Both the position numbers and the translations under genes were made by a program. From Camelus dromedarius (lineage: Eukaryota), in the NCBI RefSeq assembly GCF_036321535.1, contig NC_087437.1, positions 100,752,001 through 100,816,000 of the forward strand: a DNA stretch of 64,000 nt. Reading direction: 5' to 3'. Below, piece after piece: positions 1 through 13,160 of the stretch. Numbering within the stretch: the stretch's first letter is position 1; the number at the start of each line of letters is the position of its first letter. The notes beneath the pieces were generated by a model. It did no database searches. It was not told where the DNA came from and saw only the letters and a program-made list of their open reading frames with translations.

Positions 1-1690
1 TCTGTAAGGCAGGCAGTAATTGTTTTGTTTTCCTGTTTTAGTAATTTGTCTCACTTTTTTCATTAGTCTAGGTAAAGTTGTGCCATTTTCCTTGATATTT
101 TCTACTGACTACATATCTGTTCCTTTTTTTTTTTTTTTTTTTACTTTTTTTTTTTAAATGGAGGTACTGGAGATTGAACCCAGGACCTTGTGCATGCTAA
201 GCATGCACTCTATCATTTGAGCTATACCCTCCCTCGCTACATATCTATTCTTATGCCTTGGCTACATTGTCTTGATCACTCTAGCTTTGTAGTAAGTTTT
301 GAAGCCAGTTTTGTGTGTTTGGAACCATGTGATTCAAAGGACAACTTCTGATTTTGACTGTTTCTATTGTTTTGCTTTATTTTATTTATTTCTGGTCTAA
401 TCTTTATTTTCTTTTGCAAACTTTTGGTTTTGTCTTTTTTTGAACTCTAGAATTTCTATTTGGTTCTTTATAATTTCTATTTAATTGTAGTCTTTCATTC
501 TCATACTTCCCTTTGTTTTTTAGACATGGTTTCCTTTAGTTCTTTCAATGTATTTATAATAACTTTTAAAAGCTTTGCTTAGTAACTTCAATTTCTGGGT
601 TTTCTTGGGGACAGATTCTACGGATTTGTTTTTTTTTTCTAGTATATAGCAATACAACCTGTTTTTTGAGCATCTTGAAATTTCTTTGGAAATTAGACAT
701 TTTAAATAATATGACATCTCTGAAAATCAGCTCCCCCACCATGTTCTCTCCTGTTTGTTACTGGTCTGTATTTTTTGTCATGTGTGGCCACTGATTTCTC
801 TGCCCAGTTAGCTTAGTGGTCAGCAAATGATTGGACAGAGTTTTTCCTTAAAGGTTTTGAAAGAATAAGTCTCCCACTCTTTCCTAAGGGAGTCTAAGAC
901 CTGGAGCAAACTGTTAGTAGCTCCAGCAGTTTACAGTTTATCTTAGCCGTCACTTCCTGCTTGTGAGGATCCCGAAAGTGAGCTCCAGATGGGAGATTAA
1001 GTGCTTCTCAGGCCTTTACTTGGCATCACCACATTTTCAAGACCTTCTAGATTCCCAGGAATATGTCAGTTTTTCAGATTTCTCTACTGGCATCTCATCC
1101 CATAGCTTTTCCTTTTAAGTCCTCCCTCCATCCCCCGTTTTAAGTTTCTCCTATGCTTTCATTTTTGTTCCTGCCTTAAGCAGGTGTGGGTGTTCAACAA
1201 TTGCAACTGATTTTTTTTTCCTGACAGAAAACCTAGGGAAAAAAGCGGTTTGCTGAGAGAGTTCTGAATCAGTCAAATAAAGACAAGTCCTATGAGTGTA
1301 GATTTTCAAGCAGTAACCGTATAGGTTAAATAATGACATTGCTCTGGGAATATGGCTTTCTGGTTCAAAACGTTTCTAAACCTGTTTTGTCCCATCCAGT
1401 GGTTGCTAGTCTAGCAATTTTTATAGCTATCTTAGTTGTAAGGCTGATTTTCAATGCCAGTGCACAGGTGGGGAGAAGGTGATGGGATAATGTTGGTTAA
1501 AATGTGACCAGACCAGCTATTCTTACCAAGATTCAGCTGTTCTCCTGGAATAACCACATCTCAGATTCATGTAAGTATGGTTTTTTCCCAGAGTTCTGAA
1601 AGTTGATTTTGAGAATCTTAGTGTTTCTATTGCTCTTATGGAGGAGTAGATTTTTGGGTATATTTACTCCTTGCTTTCAGAAGTTCTTTC
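1..1690 (-). mobile_element. Old L1 (L1M-type) internal/5' fragments
   Basis: T-rich degenerate sequence typical of antisense L1 ORF2/ORF1 regions. Confidence 0.55.
123..236 (-). mobile_element. tRNA-derived SINE (Vic-1-like, camelid type)
   Basis: Poly-T followed by ggaggtactgggattgaacccaggacc...gagctataccctccc (antisense B and A boxes). TSD ctacatatct(g/a)ttc at 109-122 and 237-250. Confidence 0.85.
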
Positions 1691-1694
1691 CTTC

Positions 1695-2309
1695 AGTATA
1701 TTTTCTATGCTGCATAACAACCACAGCTTTCATAGCTTAAAACAATACCCATTTATCATGTCACTGTTTTGTAGGTCTGCAGTCTGAGCACTGATCAACA
1801 GCATCCTCTGCTTAGTCTCACAGGCTGAAATCAAGATGTCATCTTGGGCTGGCTTCTCGTCTATAGAGTTTTCAGTCCTTTCCCAAAATTGTTGACTGAA
1901 TTGAGTTCCCTGTAGTTGTAAGACTGAGGTCCTCAGCTCCCAGAGGCTACCCACCTCTGTAGGCAGTTCACAACATTGTAGTTGGCTTCTTTGACACCAG
2001 CAGGAGAGTATCTCTTTGACTTCTTATGGTCTAAACCCTAGACCCAATGTTAAAAAGCTTACTTGCTTGTGCAGTCCCACCCAGGATAATTCCCCCTTTT
2101 CCCTTGTGACTAACTTTAAATTGGTTAGGGACCTTAATTACACCTGCCAAGGCCCTTCATCTCTCTTTGCCATATAAGATAACATGACAATCACAGGAGT
2201 GATATTACATCACCTTTGCCATAGTCTCTTCTTTAGATGCAAGTTACAGGTCCTGTGTATGTTCTTGAGGAGGATATTATTCAAGGATCATCATAGAATT
2301 GTCTGCCAC
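1695..2309 (-). mobile_element. MaLR LTR (MLT1-type)
   Basis: tattttctatgctgcataacaaccac...gcttaaaacaatacccatttatc start and ...ctgccaca end. Confidence 0.75.
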
Positions 2310-3366
2310 ATAACAGTAAACTCTAGAAGTTCTCATTCCATTTACTGATTTAGTAATTTTCAATTCATATTTTTGTTTTCATAAGGTAACAATGACTACA
2401 AGTGTCATTATAGAGTACTAGTGGACTGAGTGGATTCCAACTGACCAATGTAGTCAAAATCTAATGCCCAATATAACAAGAGCAAGTTTTGATAGAGTGT
2501 TATCCTTGGAAAGCTTGCTTTTATGTTGGGGACTTGCCATAACTTACACAACTGTGTTGCCACTCCCATGCTACTCTTCATACCCTAGTCTATATTTATA
2601 GCTCTGTCCTGGCATTCTTCTGGTAGAAATGCTCTTCTTGATAAAATAGAATGACAGCATATAAATAGGGCTAATACCGTACTTCCCATGAGTGGGTAAT
2701 TTTCTCAGGGTGTATTATGTGAGGAATAATGGTGAGCTTTATACCATGATGGTATCCTTTTCAGACCTAAGGTTTTAAATTTAAACTTAGGTAACTGAAT
2801 GACAATTGAGATACATGTGTTTAACCTTACTTTGACTTGTTTATGAGATACTTATAATACTGCTGTTTATCTCCAATTAAGTAAAAATTATAAAAGAAAC
2901 CATCAATAGCACATAAAATAAAATGCCTAAATAACTTGACACAGAACATTCTAACCATCTGTAGTGTTCCTATACAATTTTTAAGAAAAATGCAGGATAC
3001 AGATGCTAAGCCTTTGAGAATAGTGATGTTTACTTTATTTGGATTCACATTTTGATAAGGAAATTCTTTTCTAAAAAACAGTGCAACACTAGGTATGATA
3101 ATTGCATTTGAAAATTATAAGTAAGTAATTAACATGCAAAGGAATTATTTATTGCAATTGTTTTTTATTCTAGGTAAAGTGCTATTCCAAGAATTACACT
3201 CAATATCTACTAGTTTTCCTTGAATGTTAATGCCAAAGTTCTAATGAAATGAATTTTATGTCATCAATAATTCTAGAATTCTTTAAGGACTACATTGGGT
3301 TATGAAACACAGTTGCTCTTAGCCATTAACTTTCATATTTAAGGCCAAATTTGTAAGCTTTTCTTG

Positions 3367-3495
3367 TCATTTTTTGAAGATACAATTTTTGCTGACAGCG
3401 CTCTTGGAGATAACTAATGGATGAATGTATGATTCTGCAAAAAATGTTAAATGATGAAATGGCTTTTTCTAATTAGAAAGGACTGTACCAGACAG
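3367..3495 (+). pseudogene. Pseudo-exon, CH1 domain middle part
   Basis: With one frameshift it reads SFFEDTIF-LTALLEITNG (cf. recalled CH1 consensus DLFED..DG..LLALLEVLSG). A further frame gives LQKMLNDEMAFLIRK (cf. xxKxxNVxxALxFL). Confidence 0.45.
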
Positions 3496-3699
3496 GTCCT
3501 ACTTAAGTCAATGAGGGAAAAAATCCCTGTGTTGTAACCTGGCAGAGCTTGTCAGGGCTGGACAGGGATACAGCTGTGCTTCATTTAATACCACAGATGT
3601 CCTGAGGGCCTTTTTGCCCTGTGCGTGTATTTTTTTTTTTTTTTTTTGCAAATGAAACATTTAAAATGCCAAGAGAGATGCCTAGATACAGAGGTATTT

Positions 3700-3910
3700 G
3701 GGCACAATTACATGGTTTAGCACGCAGTCTCTGATGTCACAATGACTGTTCTCAAATCCTGGACTTTCTACTTTTAAGTGTGTGACTTTGGGCAAGACTT
3801 AAACTTACCCCTCAGTTTATTTATTTGTAGAGTATATGTAATTTTGGTTGCTACCCCATAAGGTTGTAGAGAGGATTAAGTAATTAATATCTGTAAAGCC
3901 CTCAAACCAA
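3700..3910 (+). mobile_element. MIR SINE
   Basis: MIR core tgtgtgactttgggcaag...cctcagttt...gaggattaa. Confidence 0.7.
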
Positions 3911-4084
3911 AGTAAATATTTTATGAACTAGTTCTTTTGGTAAAACAGTTACTTTGTAATGACTTTTCTGCTTTTATAAACTGAGGTTTCCTAAATGCAG
4001 TAGAGGTGCAATTTAGAAGTAGCTGGTTAGGGACTTCTCATAGTGATATCTTATGGAGATTTTCAGTGCTTTTTTTCCCCCACC

Positions 4085-4830
4085 TATTTATTCATTTAGC
4101 AAATGTTTTTAGAGATACTGCCTGTATACTGGGTACTGTGCAAGACACTGGAGCTAGATTATTGAAGAGGAAAGAAATGGTCCTTGCCCTCACACAATTT
4201 ATAATCAGATAAAGGAGACAGACAAAAAGAAACTGATAAATATTTAAAAGTTGTAACAAATTCTGTGTACCAGAGTACCGAGATCGGAGAAGAAGCTACT
4301 TCATTATATTGAGTAATCAGGGAAGACCTGTTTGAGAGGGTGACGTTAAAACTAACCTTGAATTTTAAGAACCAGAGAATAGCTGGCAGAGCACTCTAGA
4401 CATGTGCAAGATGATTAAGGCATGGAAGATCTTGGCTTGTTAAAGCTGAAGAAGATATCAGAGTGGTAGTAGGGGAACATGCTTTCTGGTGGTGGAGATG
4501 AACACCGAAGGTTCAGTTTTGGATATTTTAATTTTGTTAAAAGTTTTTAGACATCCATACAGAGATGTCTAGTAGGTGGTTGAATACATATGTTTGGAGC
4601 TCAAAAGAGTCTGAGCATATAGAAAAAATTGGGAAATAACAGTATGTGGGTTATATTTAAACTCAGATAAATAAATGAGATCATCGAGAAAGAGTATATA
4701 AAGGGAAGAGGATCAAGGATTGAAATGGGAAGAACAAAAGTATTTAGAAATCAGTTAGAAGATGAAGAGCCAGCAAAGGAATATAAGAAGATAGTAAGAA
4801 AGAAAACCTGGAGGGTGTGAGGTCAGCTTC
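4085..4830 (-). mobile_element. L2 LINE 3' fragment
   Basis: ttcatttagcaaatgtttt...tgcctgtatactgggtactgtgcaagacactggag, then purine-rich antisense L2 body. It continues at about 5245-5640. Confidence 0.7.
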
Positions 4831-4969
4831 TCAAGGCCCATAATTAAGGGTAATGTTAAGACCACAGTATGATCTGTTAGTTATATCATTCTCACAAATC
4901 CCAATACTAGAGTCTGTTAGAACAGCAGAGTGGAATTGCATGGTCATTGTGTATGTCTATATATTATAG

Positions 4970-5087
4970 CTGAATTGTTTCTGTCAACAAAAGATTTAAA
5001 AATATGTACACAAACTTTAACCCTTTTCTAAGATCGGTATAATGGAATGGACCATTACTTTGTACTGGCAAATATAATTCCTTCAAA
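4970..5087 (+). pseudogene. Pseudo-exon, CH1 domain C-terminal part
   Basis: Acceptor tattatag at 4962-4969. ELFLSTKDLKICTQTLTL has the same D..LTL spacing as recalled utrophin ELVNIGGTDIVDGNHKLTL. After a frameshift it reads IGIMEWTITLYWQI* (cf. LGLIWTIILYFQI / SIILHWQV). Donor gtaaat at 5088. Confidence 0.6.
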
Positions 5088-7108
5088 GTAAATGAAGTTT
5101 GAGGTTTTTGAGGTCTTTATCTCATGCCATCTCTTGTCATTGAGATCAAGGAGAATCAGTATTCTTTCCAAGATCAATGAGGATTGCAGAAAAGTGTGCT
5201 TGAAACAAATGTTTTTAAAACAAAGCTAAATAAATTAAATTCTGTTGGCAATTGGGAGCCAGCAAGGGTTTATTGAGATGGAGGAATGTTATGATAAGAG
5301 CTGTGATACAGGAAAGTTACTCTTGGGCAGGATGGAGGGAAAGGAAGAGAGAGATTGGAGGCAGGGACAACGGTTAGAAGGGTGGTCAAGATATGATGAG
5401 GGTGTGACCCACAAGACAGGAAACACAGGGAAGGCAAAAAGAGGGAAATAGATGCAACATTCACTGCAGGAAGAAAACAGAAATATCTTAGTTATGATTA
5501 GTGAGGGAATAATGGATTAGAAGAAATCAATTATTTCCAGAGGGTCTTGAGCTGTGTAATAGGTAATAACTCACAAACGCAGTAGGGGAAATAGGTTTGG
5601 GGAATGACGTTAGAAGTTGGGTTCCACTAAGTCAAATAAGATATGCGTCCATTAGAGGTGCTGGGAACTATTAATAGAAGGGTGTTAATTTCCCGATAGG
5701 AAGCTAGTTAATCCTTACCATGCTGACATCTGTGACTGAGCCGTAGGGTGGCATCCATTTAGTTTTAGAAACAAGTGTACATTGAGTTACAGTCTCAATT
5801 GTTTTTTCCTCTTTGTTCCTTTGAATTGATTTCCCATTGATTGCAGAATTTTACTAATTTTTTTTGGTCTCTATTGTGATTTTCAGCTTCATCTTCCTAA
5901 TTCGTTACTAGGACAATTTTTTTTTAAATAATTTCATTTTCATCTGTCACATAGTTAATATTATTAGAAAAAAGAGCTATAACTATAACTTTTATATATT
6001 CTCTTGGCATCCTGACCCTCTCTATAGCATATCATGTTAGCATGTGTATGCCAATCTAGACTATAAAATCCCAAAGTATAGACCTTGTTTCCTTTGTCTC
6101 CACTGAGTCTAACACAGTGTTGGGAGCCTGGTACCAAACTTATTTTCTAATTAATGGGGAAAAATATAACAACTAAATATAAAAGCATTGATGTTAAAAT
6201 ATGTGCATATTAATATTACAAGATACATATGATAAAAGGATATTGAAGTAGTTTAAAGAAAAGCTTTTATTAGGCAAGCCCAGAAGAAACAGAGTTAAAA
6301 ACTGGAAAAGATTCAGTACCTATTTACTATGGAGAATAAGAGAACTTAGATGTTAATAATAACTTACATTAAAATTAGATTAAGATAAAGAACTTAAATC
6401 AGAAGTGGGGTTGTACTTTTCATTTATCAAGAGTCCAAAGTATGCTAATTATACAGATATTAGCAAGAGCAAGTTTCTATAGCTTTCCTTGTTAGCTAAA
6501 TGTCTTGCTAAGTGATTTATATACATTATTGTAAATCTTCTTAGCAACCCTGCAAGGCAGGTGTTATAAAACCTATTTTTCACTTGAATAAACTAAGGTT
6601 GAGAAAGATTATGTAAATTGTCTAAAATTCTGAAGCGGCAAAAATGTTGAAGAGCTGAGACAAATTTGAGTCCTTAACTTCACAGTCTAGCTCTTTCTAT
6701 GATCCAGATATTTATCAATTGCTTCTTCTGTTTTTTCCTGTATGTATTTCAGCATAATTCTTGACGTGCAAAATTTACAAAATTGTATTTTGATCTTATT
6801 TCAATGGAATCCATGGCAATTTAGTGTTAAGCAACTTCACAAAAGAATTATTTTTTGACTCAAAACCGAAATGCTCAGACACCTCATGGAAGCCTTATAA
6901 TGCCAGAAAACATGACAACATTCATAAACAAAGTGAAGCCAGTATAGTCAATAAGTTGTTTCTCTAGATTTAACGAATTACCAATATTTTGTTGATTTTA
7001 AAGCTTATTTAATGTTGCATCAGTTATCCAATTTACAATAGTAGTAAATTGTTTAAAAATTAACTATTCAATTGGTTTAGAATGCCACATCACCAGTAAA
7101 TTATTTAT

Positions 7109-7345
7109 GACAATCTTCCAGGAAGTTAATTGAGTTTATTCAGTTGGTGTAGAATGTCACTTTATAAGCAAATGTGCTAATCTTTGAAAAAGCTACTTAC
7201 CTGAGTCCAGATGAAAATACTTACTTTTCAGCGAGAACACTGGGGTGATATGTTTTCAGTACTTTAATTCCCTCCTGAATTCACAGAATAGATAGAAACC
7301 TTGAGGAATTGGCTAGGGATGTCTCAGTCACCAGGCTTATGGGTG
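7109..7345 (+). pseudogene. Pseudo-exon(s), CH2 domain
   Basis: SLFSWCRMS (7133-7159; cf. LLxWCQ/LLSWVR), KILTFQREHWGDMFSVL (cf. VNIxNFTTSWRDGMAFNAL) and DRNLEELARDVSVTRLMG (7291-7344; cf. recalled plectin ENLDQAFSVAERDLGVTRLLD). Ends at a phase-1 donor gtaata (7346). Confidence 0.6.
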
Positions 7346-7737
7346 GTAATAATTAGTTTAGAGATCTAGCTAATTGTATACTGTAAAGCCACAATTTTAT
7401 AATTTCAAATTATACTTTGTGGTATAAGTTTTATAACTATATCCTGGGTATAAATTATCTTCATAAGGCTACTGGACAATCTATTCTCTTGATTTTTCCC
7501 TTAAAATTATCTCTGTTCTAGTGCCATGAGCAGGTAGTGATGGTGAATCCAGGCACTACTTTATGCTTTGCAGTAGCTTGCTTTATCTTTTATCTTTTTT
7601 CCCCTTTCATATTCAAAAATTTCATGAACTTCAATTTCCTATGATCACCAGCTTATCATACTCATAACTATAGTTTCATAAGGTATGTTAGAGAGTATTG
7701 TGGTCATCTTAATTATCTTTGTCACTGTTCATTTCAG

Positions 7738-7830
7738 CTTTAAGATACCTACTGTATTAGTTCACTGTGGAATTATACCAGTTTTGAGGCAATAATGTCC
7801 TCTGGAAGTTTGTCTCACTTCTTTCCAATC
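7738..7830 (+). pseudogene. Possible pseudo-exon, CH2 C-terminus
   Basis: Acceptor catttcag. EAIMSSGSLSHFF weakly resembles KSIMTYVSSLYHYF. Confidence 0.25.
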
Positions 7831-8524
7831 TTCCAAAACCCTGCCTTCTGTTAGTAAGAGTTGAATATTGTTAAAAAAGATAGCTGATCACCACCAAACA
7901 CATAGATCCATCCTTAGATACTGCTTTTGAACAACTGAAACCTCAATAAACTCAGGGTCTTGAGTTGAAAACCCCCATTTGTTTTGAGTTTATGCAGGAA
8001 CACCCAGTTGCTTGGCAAAAATCTTAGCCAGGCTTCTGCTTTGCCCTCTGGTTGTTCTACTGGCTCTTGGACCCATTTTGGCCCATTTTCTGCCTCTAGT
8101 CCTAACTCTTGGATTTTGCCTCCGTTCGTTGATTCCTGTCTTAGTGACTTTGGTTTTCGGAAAATCACCTTGAAGTCAGTTCTGCTTTACACTCACCATT
8201 CTGAATAGATTCAGTTTTGCCTCTTGGTTTATGGTTTCAGATTTGTGTGGACCAACCCAAGCCAGTTTTATGGCTGTTGCTGCAGAATTTCTCAGTGGCC
8301 TACTCCAGACTGGTAGAAACTTGCTTTGCCCCTTATTCCTACCAGTCTAGAATCAGGACAATTTTACCCTCAAGTTTCACCTAAGAATAGTTTTGGGGGA
8401 ATTAATAAGTGGAGAGGTCTTCACTTTTTCTTGACTCTCCTGTTTTTGTTGCTATGTAGGGAGTAATTAGGTGTGATGTTACTACCACTTCTCTTCCTTT
8501 TACTCTCCTTTCCTCCTACTTCAT

Positions 8525-8620
8525 GAAGGACTTATGAGATTACTACAAGCAAACTCTTTACACTAGCTAGCAATATCAGAAAATGCTTACATATTTTGCA
8601 AATGAACCAAAATGTCTGAA
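8525..8620 (+). pseudogene. Possible pseudo-exon, first spectrin repeat helix A
   Basis: TYEITTSKLFTLASNIRKCL resembles recalled KYESLASDLLEWI (TGC at the conserved Trp position). Confidence 0.3.
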
Positions 8621-9701
8621 AATAGTCTCTGTGAATGGCGTCATCCCTTCTTCCCCCTCCTTGGTTTAAAGAGGGATCTGCATGACTGAGGTTTCGTTCT
8701 GAATTAACATAATAAATGCATCTTGAACTAATATGGCGTGCTTCTCAATGCCAGAAATTTGAGGACTGAGATGGGATATACATGAAGAATGCATGCCCCA
8801 TCTGAAAGTATGAGAAGGTAAGTTTTTATTCAAACATTGACATGACAAGATAAAGGTCTCAGTGGGCCCCCAGCTACTCAGCTAGTGAAATTTAAAATAT
8901 AAAGGCCTGTTAATTTAACACTGACCCTTAATTTTTTTTAATCATCTGTTGAATGTAGAACAACATGTTTTAAAAAACAAAAGTAGAACAAAGATGCTCA
9001 GAAAAAAACTAGTGTGAGTTTTTACCAATACAAAATTGATGTTGTTTATAATTTATTTACATAATTATAGATATTCTTAACTATTTAAAAACCAATACAC
9101 AGTTCATTTACTGTGGTGTTTTAGTTTTTCCCCACTGACTCTGTAGAAAAAAAAAAACCAACAAAAAAAGCAAAAAACCCCCCAAAACAAAACAAACACA
9201 CACACACACACACACACAAAATAAAATCTCAACACTGAAATTTTAATTGGTTTCTTAGACATTATAGAGCCTTCTTGTATGTGGATTTTTATGGTGAGAC
9301 CATTTAAAGATTTTATTAACTGAAATTGAATTTAAGCATTTGAAGTCACTGTAGAGTAATGATTAAGAGGTATAAGCTATAAGCTATACTGCCTGATATC
9401 CTGGATCTGCTATTTCCCTCTGCCCCATATTCTATATCTGTCAAAAGGAAACAATGATAGTAGCTAGTTTGTAGTATTATCTTAGGGGTTAAGAGACGAT
9501 ACATATAAAAAAAACGAATACATAAGTTATAGTTAGTATTTTGGTGAATACTAACTTCTGTTATTGGTAACGTTTTAAGACAAAGATGTACTTTGTGAGA
9601 CCGTGTCTTTCCTGTTAAAAAATCCACACTGCAAGATAGAAGTAACATCATGTGCTCTTCTGACAGTGCATTGATATGTAATTATTAATTTGCCTACACA
9701 G

Positions 9702-9946
9702 TATTATCCTGGAAGGACTCCTGCCAATGTTGCTGACGCATCCTGCATCACTCAGGATCCCAGTGGTTACCCAGTGGGTGCTGGAGAAAGTTCTGTTAGG
9801 GATTCACAGTTAGACTTCACTATTATCATTCTGAAGGGGTGCTCTTGAGCCTGTGACGGGACTGGTTTGTACAAATCAATCAGTAGTTAAGAGTACGCAC
9901 AGCATTACAATATCTAACTCAGAAGGGAGTTGAATATTCTCTCAAG
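9702..9946 (+). pseudogene. Pseudo-exon, spectrin repeat 1/2 region (alternative CH-like reading possible)
   Basis: Acceptor ctacacag (9701), donor gtatcc (9947), locally GC-richer unique DNA. ILEGLL...QWVLEKV resembles NLEVLL...AWERLEKA, and SL*RDWF resembles AMRETWL. Confidence 0.45.
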
Positions 9947-10084
9947 GTATCCAGGAGTTCCGGAAAATCTACAGAAAGAAACAGTATTGTTCAGTGTAGT
10001 TTATATATTGAATTCACCTAAGTTTGGGGGGAAAATTATTAACATATGATTAAATGAGATATTCTAAAACCAGTTACATATATC

Positions 10085-10340
10085 CATCAGGTCACTGAAG
10101 GGGGGGCTGTATATTGTTTAAGAGTTTGGCCAATGGAATCGGCTAGAATTGGGTTTATCTACTATTATTTACTAGACTTATAAATTGGGGCAATTAATCA
10201 ATACTTTCTGAGCCTTAACTTTCTCATATATAAAATGGATTAAGAATACTTACCTCTCATGATTATTAAGAATACTTAGTAAATACAAATGCTTAGTCTA
10301 GTGCTTAGTGCATAGTGAATAAGTTATAATTCACAGCTAT
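10085..10340 (+). mobile_element. MIR SINE
   Basis: ctgagccttaactttctcatatataaaatggat core. Confidence 0.7.
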
Positions 10341-10544
10341 TCTTATTAATATTACTAATTAGTTTACTAATATTATTTATGGCATTTAAATACTTTGAGT
10401 ATCCATCATTTATTTTATTCCTATTCCTATTTATTCTAAGATAGGGTGAATTGATATGACTAGAAATATGAAGGAAAGTTTGTATGTAATTTATCCTGGC
10501 ACAAATGAATTATAAATTGATACTGTATTTCATTATCACTGTTA

Positions 10545-11150
10545 AAATAATTTTACTGAAATACAATTTGTATGCTATAAAACTTACCCATTTATGCCAT
10601 TGAATGTTTTAAGTATAGTCAGAATTATGCAATCATCACCACAGTGTAATTTTAGGACATTTCATTACTTCAGAAAGAAACCTTGTACCTATTGTTGCTT
10701 CCCATTCTCCCCGAGCCCGAGACAAATGCTAATCTACATTCTGTCTATAGATTTGCCTACTCTGAACATTTCACATAAATAGAATTATACAACATATGGT
10801 CTTTTGTGACTGGCTTCTTTCACTTAGGGTAATGTCTTTAAGGCTCATCCATGTACCAATACCTTATTCCTTTTTATTGCTGACTAATATTCCATTGTGT
10901 GAATATCACATTTGTTTATCCATTCATCAGCTGATGGATATATAGATTTTCCACTTTTGGCTATTAATAATGCTGCTGTGAACACTGAGGCATACATTTT
11001 TTGTTGACGTATTTTTCAGTTCTCTTGGATATATATATCCTAGGAGTAGAATTGCTGGATCATATGTTAGTGCTACATTTAATCTTTTGATAAAGTGCCA
11101 GACTGTTTTCCAAAGTGGCTGCACCATTTTACATTCCTCTTAGCAAATAA
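10545..11150 (-). mobile_element. Old L1 3' end fragment
   Basis: Track ORF 10927-11127 ([14 protein letters not shown]) is the L1 ORF2 C-terminus, with an adjacent 3' UTR. Confidence 0.85.
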
Positions 11151-13160
11151 AGTTCTCAAAACTTTAATATGAATACCATCTTGAACACTGCTTTTGAATT
11201 CATAATGAATAAAGAACCTGCCATTCAAGTAATTGAAGGATATTACCCATGGCTGTCTCAAAGGATAAGATGAGGGCCGATGTCAGGATTCAAGCCCAGG
11301 TCTAACTGGCTCCAACGCCCATCCTTTCTCTACAGCCATACAAGTCCTCAAGGGACACTGAGTGGTTGAGTATCATTAGGAAACTATTAGTCCTGAATTT
11401 TCTGTCTCAAGTATACCTTGTTTTTCATGGTTTTCGTGTTCCACATCTTAATAGCACCTAATGAGAAATACACTCGGAAAGACCTAAAAAATGCTGTTAA
11501 ATAGCTCTTGTATCTAAGCAGAAGATGGAAATTCACACCCTTTTAATCAATTTTATATAAAGTGATTCCAGAGTAAGCAAGTACATTAGTCATTCCTCGG
11601 GCTGCATTATCCACTATTTTTTTTTTTTAACACAAAGGAAATTCCCTGGTCACCTTACTGTCATTTTATTCTTTGGACCTAGTCTAGTCGAAGTATTCTG
11701 GGTGTTGCCTTGTCTACTACCCATTCTGTCACATTTGTACCCTAAGAGTTAGTCTTAGTCAAGGTATATGGAGGTAAGAAAAGGGGTAGCTTCCTGCTAC
11801 TACAGTTCTGAGGGCTAAAAACCTTTTATCAGACATGATCTAAGTTCACAAAAAATGAAATTGTCATACTTATTAAACACAAAAGCCATTCTACAAAGAA
11901 TTTTTAAAAAGAAGACAACTTCTCATATTGGTTTTTAAATACGTTTTAAAGGTATTTTGAATATATACATTTGGGGGATCTCTTTCTCTGAGAATGCATT
12001 CCACCTTTCCCCATATTTGTCCATACGGTTTTTGGAGGTGCTTCCTAAAATATATGTTTCTATTATATCTGTTTCTATTAGCCTATTATCTTGTGATGAT
12101 AGGAGATTGGACCAGGGGTTGACCCAATCTGTGTCAAATCATGCCCCTTTCTCAGGAATTTAAAACTGGATCCAAGTGATTCCAACTGTAATTTGGGATA
12201 AATTTTACCAATTAGGATTGTGGCGCAATCATTACCTACTGTGTTGTCTCAGTGCAGAAAAATAAAGATATAAAGTAAAAGATCTGGAAAGAGGGAAGGA
12301 GAGGGAGGGAGAGAGATGGAGATTCTAGTTCTCTTGAAGCCAACTCTGATACCTGCCTTTGCTGTCCAAGAGACATTTCTGGCTTTATTTCCTCTCTATT
12401 TTTTCCCCTAAGCTGGATTGAATTTCTATTACCTGCAATAAAAAAAGCACTTAAGATTCAAGCTTCTTAGAGCCACAAAAAGAAGGACAATGCTTTTCTC
12501 CCTCTTCCCTGCATTTGCTGTTTGGAATAGTATTTGTACACGTAAGACATCATAATTCTATAAGCACTAATGTAACAAGGAAAAATCCTTTAGGAAGGGT
12601 GTGTCTTTGATGGTTTATGTATTATGTTAACTGGGGGATGTGGCTATAGATGTAGGCCAGGAACACTGTATTCAACATTAGGCTTTAAAAAACAACTTAT
12701 TTGGGTGTTGTGGTCATCTGAACATAAATTTTCTTTTGTAACATCAAAGTCTAGCTTTTTGAAAGCCTGTTTCTCTTTTACACAGAAAAACACATTTCCC
12801 ATACCTGAACAAAACCCAAAATCTTCTTTAGGAGCATAATATTAAAGCTTTACTTTTCCAAAGTTATTGTTTCCACTTTGGACTCAAATGATATTTAAGT
12901 ATGTGAATTAGTCACATTTGAAATTCACTTACACTTTGTAGTAATGCAATCTGTATAGTTTTGCATACTTTTCTCTTTTTTTTTTTTTTGCCAAAAATAC
13001 CCCAAAAGGAAACCTCAAAAACTCAGCAGTTTGATTTTAAGGGAAAAAGGGTTTTGAGTTAAAAAGCAACTGGAAGAGTTTTCTACAGATGTAACTAATT
13101 ATAGTGATTGAAAATTTCTTCTACATAAATATTTGCTAACTTGGAAATCTGGATGATGTA

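Noticed and set aside
7226..7275. Minus-strand mini-exon EGIKVLKTYHPSVLAE with a GTAAGT donor
   Set aside because: Isolated and unrecognised, and it overlaps the better-supported + strand CH2 remnant.
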